Counted from the first letter of the stretch, positions 26,962-36,705 are shown. The stretch is 64,000 nt of DNA from Calditrichota bacterium (GCA_018644935.1 JABGPL010000004.1:13741-77740), one strand, 5' to 3'. Translations and numbers: made by a program. The notes: generated by a model from the sequence alone, not told the origin.

Positions 26962-27137
26962 TTCAACTCCTGTTTAACAGGTTGCTTTAACCATAAAGGT
27001 CAGCAGTTCTCTCTGCTCATTCAAGATCCCAGGACTGTTCCTGGTTTTATTGATATTTTCATCCAGAATCTGCCGGGATGAAAAACTATAACCTGCAATA
27101 TGTGTCAAGTGATGACACATGACACCACTCTGAAATT

Positions 27138-27743
27138 CTACTTAGTACCCGAAAATATTCCCGATCCTAATACGAGTACTAGATTTGGTTCAATAACCTC
27201 GATAACCTGAACGGAAGATCCCGACTCAAGCCTCTCTCCGTCTGTCAACGCTTCAATTTCCTGAGTGATCCCCTGTATTACAATCTGAACCACACCATTA
27301 CCCTTTCGCTTTTCAGGGATAGGAAGATAAACTTTCCCAACCTTTCCGATGGCACTGGTAATTTTCGTATTTCCGGTTTCAGTGAGTTTATTCATCAGAT
27401 AGAAGATGTAACCGATGATAACAGTTGTCAATAATCCCGCGATAACACCAATTGGCAACGAGAGAAAAATTGGCATTCCCATCTTTGAACATGCCAGACC
27501 GGTCCAACCGAACATCATCATAAAGTAGATCAGATTACGGACACTGAAAAAACCGAAATGATCAAGGAATCCTCCCCCTCCATGATCAAAGCTTCCGGAA
27601 TCGAAATCAGAATCACCTCCCGAGTGATCGGATAAACCTGTCATTTCAAGTATTAACTGGATAACGGTAAGTAGAGTGAAAGGAAACGCGAAACCCACGA
27701 AGGTTTTCTCGATCGTTGTGAGGGCAGCCCACCATTCCGACAT
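27138..27743 (-). CDS. NfeD/YqiJ-like membrane protein (flotillin partner)
   Basis: It has multi-TM helices, a Gly/Asp/His-rich loop and a C-terminal OB-like segment (GKVGKVYLPIP...GVVQIVIQG). It lies directly upstream of the flotillin gene, as in yqiJK pairs. Confidence 0.65.
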   Translation of the reverse strand: MSEWWAALTTIEKTFVGFAFPFTLLTVIQLILEMTGLSDHSGGDSDFDSGSFDHGGGGFLDHFGFFSVRNLIYFMMMFGWTGLACSKMGMPIFLSLPIGVIAGLLTTVIIGYIFYLMNKLTETGNTKITSAIGKVGKVYLPIPEKRKGNGVVQIVIQGITQEIEALTDGERLESGSSVQVIEVIEPNLVLVLGSGIFSGTK

Positions 27744-27822
27744 GATTTCCTCCTCTTAAAAATATACTTTCTGGCTGAGCGGATTGTCTGGCTGTAATTA
27801 TTGTAACGGTATCGAATGTTTA

Positions 27823-27859
27823 GTGTGCCCCGGGGTATTTATTACCCGGGTTTCTTTAC
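27823..27859 (+). repeat. REP element copy g (plus orientation, loop subtype TATTTATT)
   Basis: GTGTGCCCCGGGGTATTTATTACCCGGGTTTCTTTAC. Confidence 0.7.
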
Positions 27860-27900
27860 TTAGGGGAAAAGCGACTTGACAATCAAGTTGTTTTCACTCA

Positions 27901-27937
27901 GTAAAGATACTTGGGCAACAAGTAGCCCAAGCCACAC
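27901..27937 (-). repeat. REP element copy f (minus orientation)
   Basis: The reverse complement is GTGTGGCTTGGGCTACTTGTTGCCCAAGTATCTTTAC. It forms an inverted doublet with copy g, with a 41-nt spacer. Confidence 0.9.
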
Positions 27938-28210
27938 CTGCAATTTGTATCTCAATAATCTCATCAGACTAAAAGCAAGATAATCATAATCCTGTTCAAG
28001 GTCAAGTGCTCTGGGGCAATTGGAGGGACTTCAATTGTCGGACATGCTGAAAACAACGAATTTAGGGCTTCTGAAGCACTGTAAACACGTACAAAACACA
28101 ACTCTTTAACATCAAATTTTAATGTTTGCAAATTGCGAAGAAATTAATTACGTTACCATTTAACAGTAAAGTGTTTACCGCCCGTCTCTTTTTTGACAAT
28201 GGACAGAACC

Positions 28211-30979
28211 ATGAAATTAACATACCTCACTTTTTCAATTACGTTGATCATGCTGACTATGCTGGCTGCAACTCCCGCCTTTTCACAGACAGAAGTGCGT
28301 GGAGAGGTCAGTGGAGAATGGAATTTAGAAGGCAGCCCATATCTGGTTGTCGGTGAAATTGCAGTACCTAATAACCAAACATTAACCATTCATCCCGGTG
28401 TCGAAGTACTGACAGATCATCGAATTCCATTTCTTGTATATGGTACACTAAGCGCGGAAGGCACCGTAGAGGATTCTATTTACTTCGGCCCCACCGGTAT
28501 TGATGCAGGATGGGGTGGGATACGCTTTTTAGATGCTGACGAAGGTTCACGACTTAGTTATTGCATTGTCGAACATGGCAGACGGGATCAGGGTGAGGGA
28601 CACGGCGCAGAAATTTCAGCCGGTGGAAACATCTTCATCCGGGGCGGTAAAGTCATCATCGAACATTCGAGGATTTCTTTTGGGCAGGCCAGAGGATTTG
28701 GTGGTGGTATCGCAATCTGGGAAGCTGACCCGGTTATTGCAAATTGCCTGATTAATGAAAACACTGGTATTCAAAACGGTGGCGGGATAGAGGTCGTTAA
28801 TGGCTCATCACCGACAATTGTCGAATGTCTGTTTATAGAAAATCGAACAGATTGGTCCGGTGGCGGAATATGCATCGAACAAAACTCCGACCCGCGAATC
28901 GAAAGGTGTGATTTTGTGATGAATACTGCCGGTGGTGGAGGTGGGGGATTTGCCCTGTACTTCGCGTCGAGCCCATTTGTTTCTCATTGTAATTTTACCG
29001 AAAATCGAGCCGGAATGGGTGGCGGGGCATATCTTCGAAATGAAGGCAGTCGACCCCAATTTGAGTGGTGTGATTTTTATCGCAACACTGCTTTAGGCGG
29101 TGAGGGGAATCATGGCGGCGGAATCTTGCTTCGTGATGAGGTCGAAGCCAATATTTATTACTGTCGATTTATCGAAAACGAAGCCCGGGTTGGTGGCGGA
29201 ATTGCTGCGTGGGACATACCGTTGTCTCATATACACCATAACCTGTTCTATGAAAATACTGCAATAGCGGGTGGTGGGATATCCTTGTGGGGAAACTTCC
29301 ATGACCAATGGCTGGAGGTTAATAACTGTACGTTCATTAACAATCACGGTGAACAAGAAGGTGCCAATGTTGCATTTTCGGGTGAGGGTAACCGACTTCA
29401 CATCACAAGCTCGATTATATGGGGTCCAGACCCTCATTTCTGGCACCCCGAGCATGTCCGTGTTGATTTTAGTCATATTAGGTTCGGTTGGGAGGGAGAA
29501 GAAAATTCTGAAGAAGATCCTGGGTTTTTCGGGATGGATTCAAGCTGGTTTTTGCTTTCCGGTGATTCACCATGCGTTGACAGCGGAAATCCCGAACTCC
29601 CGCAGGATCAGGACAATTCCAACAACGATAGAGGCTGGATGCACTTCCCGCATGATGCACTTACAGGGTTTGCTGTTGATACGCTGAGAGCATCTGTTGA
29701 ACCAGGAGAACGCGTTGATGTCTCTTTTGATTTCCGAAATGAAACTACCGTTCCATTCTATGCAACTCCGGTTGAGAGTTGGCGTGAGGGTGTTCGCGTA
29801 GAAGTTGTGGATGTCAGTGCTATAACAAATGACCGTGAAATAGAAGGAGTGGCATGGACATCGGATGGCTATTTCATCTCAGGAGGAAATAACGGCGAAG
29901 ATCCGAATCAGATTTACCACCTTAACGATAACTATGAACTAATTGATCAATTCGATCAACCCGGCGGTTCTGATGGTGCAGGATTTCTCGATCTTGGATC
30001 GGGTGAAGATCGCTTAATATATGGGGGTGACGAAGAAAAGATTGTCGAGTTTTCAGCTCAAGGCGCATTGGGGGAACAATATTTTGATCCGTCCGGTTTT
30101 GATATTTACAGAGCAATTGCTGTCGACCTGACTTTCAGTGAAGGTATGGTTGACGTTTACTTCGGTGGTGATGAAGGCATTGTCATCCGTGGTGACGACG
30201 AAATGTGGGAAACTGATCGATACAATGTCGGATTCCCGATTAAGGCATTAGGTATGAAAGGCAACATCCGAGCTCTATATATTCTGTCACAACCTAATCC
30301 CTCGACTCATTTGTTATCGCTTTTAACCATCGACAATGGTAAGGTTACACCCCTGTTCAAGCTAACACCCCCCGGTGAAGGATATAGCCTTGGCGGGTTG
30401 GAAGTAACCCAAAGGATGGAGAATGGTTCAGGCACATTAATAGGAATCTGGAAGGGTGAAGGAGAGAGACCTGACAGACTTTTTAAGTATAACATCTATG
30501 CGACATGGTTGATTCCAAACCCGGAGCTGGAATTACTTATGCCACTTGATGAAACCGAATGGAACGTCACTTTCGCTGCTGACCAGGTACCGGAGGGTAT
30601 TTACGACGCGGATTTCTATCTTGCTGTGAATGGCTGGGGAGCAGACGGAGAAATCCATGCGAGGATGTATTCTCCGCCTAACTCAGCTCCCGCAATGCCA
30701 GTCCCCTCGATTCCAGAGAGTATTTCTCTGTCACCAGTATTCCCAAATCCGTTTAACTCTATAGCAAAGTTTACCTATACTTTGCAGAATTCAGGACAAG
30801 TAGCGTTAAGCCTGATCGATATGAAGGGCAGAACGGCAAATCGAATATCCGATGATTGGAAACCAGCCGGCACTCACTCCGGTATCCTTGATGCAAATGT
30901 GCTGCCTGCCGGGATGTACTATTTGCAGCTTTCGAGTACTGCTGGAATTAAAATTACTCCCGTGACAATTTTGAAATAG
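28211..30979 (+). CDS. Secreted right-handed parallel beta-helix repeat protein with a T9SS C-terminal sorting domain
   Basis: Signal peptide MKLTYLTFSITLIMLTMLAATPAFSQ. PbH1-type repeats (GGGIAIWEADPVIANCLINEN..., GGGICIEQNSDPRIERC...). The C-terminus is FPNPFNSIAKFTYTL...GMYYLQL...PVTILK. Confidence 0.8.
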   Translation: MKLTYLTFSITLIMLTMLAATPAFSQTEVRGEVSGEWNLEGSPYLVVGEIAVPNNQTLTIHPGVEVLTDHRIPFLVYGTLSAEGTVEDSIYFGPTGIDAGWGGIRFLDADEGSRLSYCIVEHGRRDQGEGHGAEISAGGNIFIRGGKVIIEHSRISFGQARGFGGGIAIWEADPVIANCLINENTGIQNGGGIEVVNGSSPTIVECLFIENRTDWSGGGICIEQNSDPRIERCDFVMNTAGGGGGGFALYFASSPFVSHCNFTENRAGMGGGAYLRNEGSRPQFEWCDFYRNTALGGEGNHGGGILLRDEVEANIYYCRFIENEARVGGGIAAWDIPLSHIHHNLFYENTAIAGGGISLWGNFHDQWLEVNNCTFINNHGEQEGANVAFSGEGNRLHITSSIIWGPDPHFWHPEHVRVDFSHIRFGWEGEENSEEDPGFFGMDSSWFLLSGDSPCVDSGNPELPQDQDNSNNDRGWMHFPHDALTGFAVDTLRASVEPGERVDVSFDFRNETTVPFYATPVESWREGVRVEVVDVSAITNDREIEGVAWTSDGYFISGGNNGEDPNQIYHLNDNYELIDQFDQPGGSDGAGFLDLGSGEDRLIYGGDEEKIVEFSAQGALGEQYFDPSGFDIYRAIAVDLTFSEGMVDVYFGGDEGIVIRGDDEMWETDRYNVGFPIKALGMKGNIRALYILSQPNPSTHLLSLLTIDNGKVTPLFKLTPPGEGYSLGGLEVTQRMENGSGTLIGIWKGEGERPDRLFKYNIYATWLIPNPELELLMPLDETEWNVTFAADQVPEGIYDADFYLAVNGWGADGEIHARMYSPPNSAPAMPVPSIPESISLSPVFPNPFNSIAKFTYTLQNSGQVALSLIDMKGRTANRISDDWKPAGTHSGILDANVLPAGMYYLQLSSTAGIKITPVTILK

Positions 30980-31239
30980 CACATTTTACGGATTTGTTGA
31001 CAGAACGGTGTTGTAGGGGTTGAATATATTCAATCCAAGAAGGGTGAAAGGGCTGAAATTATTCAGCCCCTACATCGTACAGCACGACGCTCGTACCCTA
31101 CTGGTACTAGAGATTCTGTATCCAATAGGTGGTGTCAGGCCTTATCAGATTACACTTATATCGTTATTTATACATCAGTTCAGGACAACTAATGGCACCT
31201 ACAATTTGTTTTCTCAGCAGGCACTAATTTGGAGAAATA

Positions 31240-33477
31240 GTGAGCAAAACATTAAGAATTTCAGAAATGACGATTCTATTGATCATTATATTCATTAACA
31301 ACAGTTTCTGCCAGATTGAAACTCAATGGATCAATCATTATGATTTTGCCAACAGAGGAGAAAATGGGAGCTTTGAGGATATTTTCGCCACCACGGATGG
31401 TGGATATGCTCTTTGTGGTTTTTCAATAAATGAGGGGCGAAACGATCTCTGGGCAGCAAAAATCACTGCTGATGGAGAACTCGAATGGTCTCGTATTTAC
31501 GGTGGACAGGATCATGATCGAGCACTTAGCCTGATCCAGGATGATGAAGGTGGTTATGTCATCGTCGGGTATGTAACTCAGGAGAATGGAAATGCTGAGA
31601 TTGCAGTTCTCAGGACCGATGCTCAGGGAGATACTCTTTGGATGAGGTATTATGGAGATGGAAGTGCATCCGCAGTGATCGAGCTCAAGAGCGGTGAATT
31701 TATGGTCTGCGGCATTCACGAATCAGATGGTTTTCTGCTTCAAGTCGACGCTAACGGTGAACTACTATGGATGGAAATCTATGGCGGGGATAATAGGGAG
31801 GGTCTCACAGCAATGCGTGAGACCGAGGGCGGAATTGTTGCATCCGGTTATGAGTGGGTTGATGGGACTTCAAGTCATTACATTATCAAAACTGATTTTG
31901 AAGGTGAATTACTCTGGGAACATTACTATGACATTGGTCAGGCTGGAAACATAATGGCATCCGGGATGACATCCTGTAGAGTGGGTGGATTCGTTCTTAC
32001 GGGCAAAATATGGAACAATGGGGAGCAAGGCATTCCTTTTCTGCTAAGAATTGATGCCGATGGTAACCAACTTTGGTCACATTATTATCTGATTGATCCT
32101 GGTGAGCAAGTTAATACCGGTTGTGGTGCATATAACGTAATTGAGATGCAGGATGGGGGTCTAATACTGGCGTGCTCTGGTGCAAGCATTTGGGAGGCTC
32201 TTCTGATTCGCACTGACGGTCAAGGTAATGTGGTCTGGCGATTTTCTGAGAATTTTGGTGAGAACCAGAGGTTTTGCCGATTCAGGTCGCTTGTGGTGAA
32301 TGCCAACGGTGAAATCACAGCTGCTGGGGAAGCGAATTATGCCGATACCGGATATGATGGTCTGGTTGTCAAATTCCTTGAGGAAGACCTGCAAAGGCTG
32401 ATTGTCTCCTATTCACCAGAAGATTTATCTCTTGAGGTGCTTCCTGGAGAAAGGATTGATTTTATTGTTCAAGCCGAACCTCTTGTTGAGGATACAATTA
32501 CTTACTTCTGGATGTTAGATAATGATACCGTTGGAGTTGATACTTCATTCACATTTCAATTCGACGAATCTGATGACCACCAATTGACATGCGTTGTCTC
32601 GAACGGAGGATTTATTGATTCTGTGGCATGGTCAATTGGAGTTGATGAGTTTAAAATCAGTGATTTTTTACCAGATGATTTGAACCTTCGCATTCAACGA
32701 GGTTCGACTGTACAGTTCTCTCTGGCGGTCGAATCACTTGAGAACATCAATCCCGAATTTCTCTGGACTCTAACTGACAGATCCGGCAATCAGTCTGAAA
32801 TTGGCACTATGAATTCGGTGGATGTTGAGTTTTTGCAGACTGGCAACCATTCTCTTGAAGGTCGAGTACTACATGGAGAGGACGTTAAATCCATCGTCTG
32901 GACAATAGAATCCCATTCTGTTGTGTGGTGGTGGTGGCCACATGATCTTGAACTTTCAGTTCGACAGGACACAGCAATTGCATTCGAAGTTTATCCGTTC
33001 AATGAAGAATCCGATTCTATTGATTACTCCTGGTATCTCAATGATGAGGTAATAGATAGTGATACTTCAGTTGTTGGCATTCCATTCCCTCATGTAGGCG
33101 CGAATGAGATCTCAGTCTACGTGCGGGAAGGTGCAGAAACTGACACTATTCGCTGGACAGTTGAAGTCGTTGAAATACAATCAGCAGATTACACGGATTA
33201 CGCAGATTTCCCCTCCTCTCCGGTATTGTATCCGGCTGCGCCGAATCCCTTTAATTCTTCTGTGAACTTGTCGATGTATTTGCCCAAAACAAACCATGTT
33301 TTGCTCTCGATATTAGACATTAATGGACGTGAGGTTAAGCGGTTGATTGATGGGAGTGTTGAGGCGGGGAGTCAGGCGTTTATGTGGAATGCGAACGATT
33401 TTCCAGCTGGGGTTTATGTTGTTAGGATGAATGCTGGGGATGTGTCAGAAATTATGAAAGTGGTTTTGGTTCGGTAG
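31240..33477 (+). CDS. Secreted repeat protein (propeller-like N-terminal half, three tandem Ig-like modules) with a T9SS C-terminal sorting domain
   Basis: GTG start with a GGAGAAA RBS. There are three internal modules of about 85 aa each. The C-terminus is APNPFNSSVNLSMYL...GVYVVRM...KVVLVR. Confidence 0.75.
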   Translation: MSKTLRISEMTILLIIIFINNSFCQIETQWINHYDFANRGENGSFEDIFATTDGGYALCGFSINEGRNDLWAAKITADGELEWSRIYGGQDHDRALSLIQDDEGGYVIVGYVTQENGNAEIAVLRTDAQGDTLWMRYYGDGSASAVIELKSGEFMVCGIHESDGFLLQVDANGELLWMEIYGGDNREGLTAMRETEGGIVASGYEWVDGTSSHYIIKTDFEGELLWEHYYDIGQAGNIMASGMTSCRVGGFVLTGKIWNNGEQGIPFLLRIDADGNQLWSHYYLIDPGEQVNTGCGAYNVIEMQDGGLILACSGASIWEALLIRTDGQGNVVWRFSENFGENQRFCRFRSLVVNANGEITAAGEANYADTGYDGLVVKFLEEDLQRLIVSYSPEDLSLEVLPGERIDFIVQAEPLVEDTITYFWMLDNDTVGVDTSFTFQFDESDDHQLTCVVSNGGFIDSVAWSIGVDEFKISDFLPDDLNLRIQRGSTVQFSLAVESLENINPEFLWTLTDRSGNQSEIGTMNSVDVEFLQTGNHSLEGRVLHGEDVKSIVWTIESHSVVWWWWPHDLELSVRQDTAIAFEVYPFNEESDSIDYSWYLNDEVIDSDTSVVGIPFPHVGANEISVYVREGAETDTIRWTVEVVEIQSADYTDYADFPSSPVLYPAAPNPFNSSVNLSMYLPKTNHVLLSILDINGREVKRLIDGSVEAGSQAFMWNANDFPAGVYVVRMNAGDVSEIMKVVLVR

Positions 33478-33817
33478 AGCATTACGTAGGGAGGACGGGC
33501 ACGTGGCAATGTATCGCTATAGAAAGTTTAACATCGAATGCAACATTCTGTCCACAAAAGCCCCTCCGAGACGCCCTTGTGGGTGTGTAAATCATTTAAT
33601 ATCAAATTGAATGACCACTAAAATCGTAACACCAGAAAGCGTTAAATCAACTTTAACAGAGTAAAACAATTCGTGATCGGCATCACGGATTCTTTTTATT
33701 TAATAACATGATTTTGTTAAAATAAGGCTTTGTAAACCTTGCTTAATGAGCATCTTAAACATACATTGCAAGTTGTGGCAAGGTAGACTTCCATTTTATA
33801 TAAACCTTGAGGGAAAA

Positions 33818-36538
33818 ATGATCAAGCGAAGATTTCTTTTGATTTCCGCAGTGACATTTGTTTTTACGATTTGCAGTTCGCTCTACGCAGACATTATAAA
33901 TGTCCCGGGAGATTTCGGGTCAATTCAAGCTGCCATCGACGATGGTGGAACCGATAACGGTGATACTATTCTGGTTGCTGATGGTACATATACTGAAAAT
34001 ATTAACTTTGACGGCATGAATGTTGTATTAATTGGAGATCCCGACAATCCCGGAGATGTCATTATCGACGGAGATGCTCTGGACGCAGTTATAACAATGG
34101 ACTCTGGTGAAGATTCCGGTGCCGAAGTTAACGGATTTACAATCACCAATGGTCGCCGAGACGCGATTATGGGAAATCCGCAAAAGGGAGGTGGAATCCG
34201 GTTGATAAATGCATCCGCTCCTACTCTGAGAAATTTAATTATTACTGATAACCATTGTGTTGGTGGTCAGGCCGGTGGTGGCGGAATTGATATGGATACA
34301 AACTGCGATGCCATTCTTGAGGATATCGTAATATCAAATAACACCTCGACATATATCGGTGGAGGTGTGGGTATGTATCAAAGCGATCCCACTTTTACTC
34401 GTGTTCAGATTATTAACAATACCTCAGATGGCGGAGGTGGCGGGATGTACATTTGGGACGCAGCTGGTAGTTTCCGTTGGTGTGTTATTGCAGACAATGA
34501 GACAGGGGGTGGAGCTCCTGGTGGTGGTGGTGTTCTGGTTCATGACAGCAATCCATCATTTACTCAATGTACAATTGCCAATAATACCGCACCCGCAAAC
34601 ACTGGAGGCGGTTTTGGAGCTGAAACTGGTGGTAACGTAAATCTAAACACCTGCATCCTCTGGGGTAATTCTGATCATGAGATTTATACAAGTGTCGCGG
34701 ATTTCACCACAAATTACCTTTTAGTTGACCCGTTGGACGATGAAACTTTCGAAACAGGTGGTGGGAATATAAGTGTGATGAATTGGGTAAATGGAACCCC
34801 CGATTTTGTAGATGGCGGCAGTGGCGATTACCACCTGGAATTTGGAAGCGATGCAATTAATACCGGGCATCCGGTGTTGGATAATGATCCTGATGATACA
34901 AGAGCTGATATTGGTGCTTTTTACTGGAGTCACATACACCCGGTTGAGGTTGAGGTTATTTATCCCAATGGAGGCGAGCCCTTAATCAGTGGTGAGGATT
35001 ATACAATTACCTGGACAGCTGCTTCGGATTATTTCGATATAGAAGAATCAGATGTCTATTATACAACTGACAATGGCGGAACGTGGGATTGGATAGGATC
35101 GACTGTTGATGATGTCTTTGAGATTGAATGGACAGCTCCCGATTTGTTCTCTCTTTACTGTTACATAAAAGTTGAATGTACCGACGAATGGGATAACGAG
35201 GGTGAAGATCTCTCCGACACGCGTTTCTATGTTGGCCCGGATTTTGTCGAAAATGAATATATACCTGGTCATTATTTGCTATGCACGCCAATTACCCCGG
35301 ATGACAATTCACTTGAAGCATCTTTTGGGGATGATTTTAATGACAACTGGATTATGTGGGGATTCACAATGGCAGGAAATTATTTCAGGACTGAAGAAGT
35401 TGAAATCGGTCATGGGTATTTCTTGTTCCATAATCCTGATACAGTAAATCTTGATATTGATGGTATGTATCACTACCAGAACTGGGAATTTGAAACGGAG
35501 TTTACATGGAATTTATTGGCGAACCCTTTCCCTGGCGATCTTGATCTCGATGATCTGGTGATTCACCATGATGGAAATGAATATACATTAGCTCAAGCAG
35601 CCGCAAACGAATTAGCAATTCCTGCCCTTTACAATCTCGGTGCGCCAGATGAGGGATATCTTGTTGCAAATGAGCTTTCTATGTGGAAAGGCTTTTGGTT
35701 GTGTTTGTTAGATTCAAATATCACGGTTTCAATCTATCCCAGCGCACCAAATCCCGGTCCTGCACCTCCGATTGACGATGCTGATCAAGGTTACCCGGAA
35801 GATTGGAGATTAAATTTCACCGCAAGTACTCAAACCAATATCGACAGGTTAACAACAATAGGTGCAAGTGCGAATGCCACAGATGGTTATGACATGGCTT
35901 TAGATTTGCCAGAACCTCCCGGAAATCCTCAAGGTCAGGCTGTGAAAGCATATTTTGAACATCCCGGATGGAGTGAAATTGTTGGAACGGCATTCAGCTG
36001 CGATGTACGTGCTCCGTTGGGCGATGAAATTGGTGAATGGGAATTGGTCATCGAAACCGCGGAACCTCAAGATGTGACTGTAACATGGGAAGAGATCATG
36101 TTTACGTATGTTGAGGGATATAATTATCGCATGATTGATGAGAACACAGGCAGGATTGTAAATCTTCTGACGAGTGATAGCCATAGAGTGAGTGTTGGAA
36201 ATGAGCCCTACAGATTGATCGTTCAGGTCAGTACTCAACATCTTAAAGCTGAGCCCATAGGTCAGACTATTCCACAAGCATTTGAGATAATAAGCGTTAG
36301 TCCTAATCCCTTTAATAATATTTTACAGATAAAGTACAGTTTATTGGGATCGAGTGCTGCCTCACTGAAAGTACTTGACATGCAAGGACGCAAAATCGCA
36401 GACCTCTCAACTGGCGAAACTGCCGCTGGTGAATACACTACGAGCTGGAACGCTACTAACATCACATCCGGTGTCTACATTGTTCAGTTGGACAATGGTG
36501 GGTATGTCAGTTCTCGCAAGGTTATTTTGATGAAGTAA
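33818..36538 (+). CDS. Secreted parallel beta-helix repeat protein with a T9SS C-terminal sorting domain
   Basis: The likely start MIKRRFLLISAVTF is at 33818 (the ORF track starts at 33746). It has GGGIRLINASAPTLRNLIITDN-type repeats. The C-terminus is SPNPFNNILQIKYSL...GVYIVQL...KVILMK. Confidence 0.8.
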   Translation: MIKRRFLLISAVTFVFTICSSLYADIINVPGDFGSIQAAIDDGGTDNGDTILVADGTYTENINFDGMNVVLIGDPDNPGDVIIDGDALDAVITMDSGEDSGAEVNGFTITNGRRDAIMGNPQKGGGIRLINASAPTLRNLIITDNHCVGGQAGGGGIDMDTNCDAILEDIVISNNTSTYIGGGVGMYQSDPTFTRVQIINNTSDGGGGGMYIWDAAGSFRWCVIADNETGGGAPGGGGVLVHDSNPSFTQCTIANNTAPANTGGGFGAETGGNVNLNTCILWGNSDHEIYTSVADFTTNYLLVDPLDDETFETGGGNISVMNWVNGTPDFVDGGSGDYHLEFGSDAINTGHPVLDNDPDDTRADIGAFYWSHIHPVEVEVIYPNGGEPLISGEDYTITWTAASDYFDIEESDVYYTTDNGGTWDWIGSTVDDVFEIEWTAPDLFSLYCYIKVECTDEWDNEGEDLSDTRFYVGPDFVENEYIPGHYLLCTPITPDDNSLEASFGDDFNDNWIMWGFTMAGNYFRTEEVEIGHGYFLFHNPDTVNLDIDGMYHYQNWEFETEFTWNLLANPFPGDLDLDDLVIHHDGNEYTLAQAAANELAIPALYNLGAPDEGYLVANELSMWKGFWLCLLDSNITVSIYPSAPNPGPAPPIDDADQGYPEDWRLNFTASTQTNIDRLTTIGASANATDGYDMALDLPEPPGNPQGQAVKAYFEHPGWSEIVGTAFSCDVRAPLGDEIGEWELVIETAEPQDVTVTWEEIMFTYVEGYNYRMIDENTGRIVNLLTSDSHRVSVGNEPYRLIVQVSTQHLKAEPIGQTIPQAFEIISVSPNPFNNILQIKYSLLGSSAASLKVLDMQGRKIADLSTGETAAGEYTTSWNATNITSGVYIVQLDNGGYVSSRKVILMK

Positions 36539-36554
36539 GATTTGAGTTAATGGA

Positions 36555-36597
36555 GTAACAAAACCATGCTCAGCATCACGAAGCATGGTTTTGTTAC
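36555..36597. other. Perfect 16-bp hairpin without a U-tract
   Basis: GTAACAAAACCATGCTcagcatcacgaAGCATGGTTTTGTTAC. Confidence 0.6.
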
Positions 36598-36637
36598 TTC
36601 ACTGTATTTAGAGAAGGGATACGTAGCAACGGACCCC

Positions 36638-36683
36638 AAAAAAAAGAAACCCGGGCAAATGACTTGCCCGGGTTTCTTTTTTA
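36638..36683. terminator. Bidirectional intrinsic terminator between convergent genes
   Basis: AAAAAAAAGAAACCCGGGCAaatgacTTGCCCGGGTTTCTTTTTTAT. Confidence 0.85.
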
Positions 36684-36705
36684 TTCTCAAGCTGGGACGC
36701 TTGAG

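Noticed and set aside
31013-31073. Nested palindromes occur after the 28211-30979 gene: TTGAATATATTCAA, GGGCTGAAattaTTCAGCCC, and outer GTAGGGG/CCCCTAC.
   Set aside because: There is no U-tract and no match to an RNA family I can recognise. It could be a weak terminator or stabiliser, but the evidence is insufficient for a call.
31146-31155. A solitary CAGATTACAC decamer upstream of the 31240 gene matches the GxxExxY-flank repeat core.
   Set aside because: The identity is only 10-11 nt. It is mentioned under the related finding but is too short to annotate as a repeat copy.
31193-31208. TGGCACctacaATTTG upstream of the 31240 gene looks like a sigma-54 -24 element.
   Set aside because: The -12 position has TT instead of GC, so GG-N10-GC is not satisfied.
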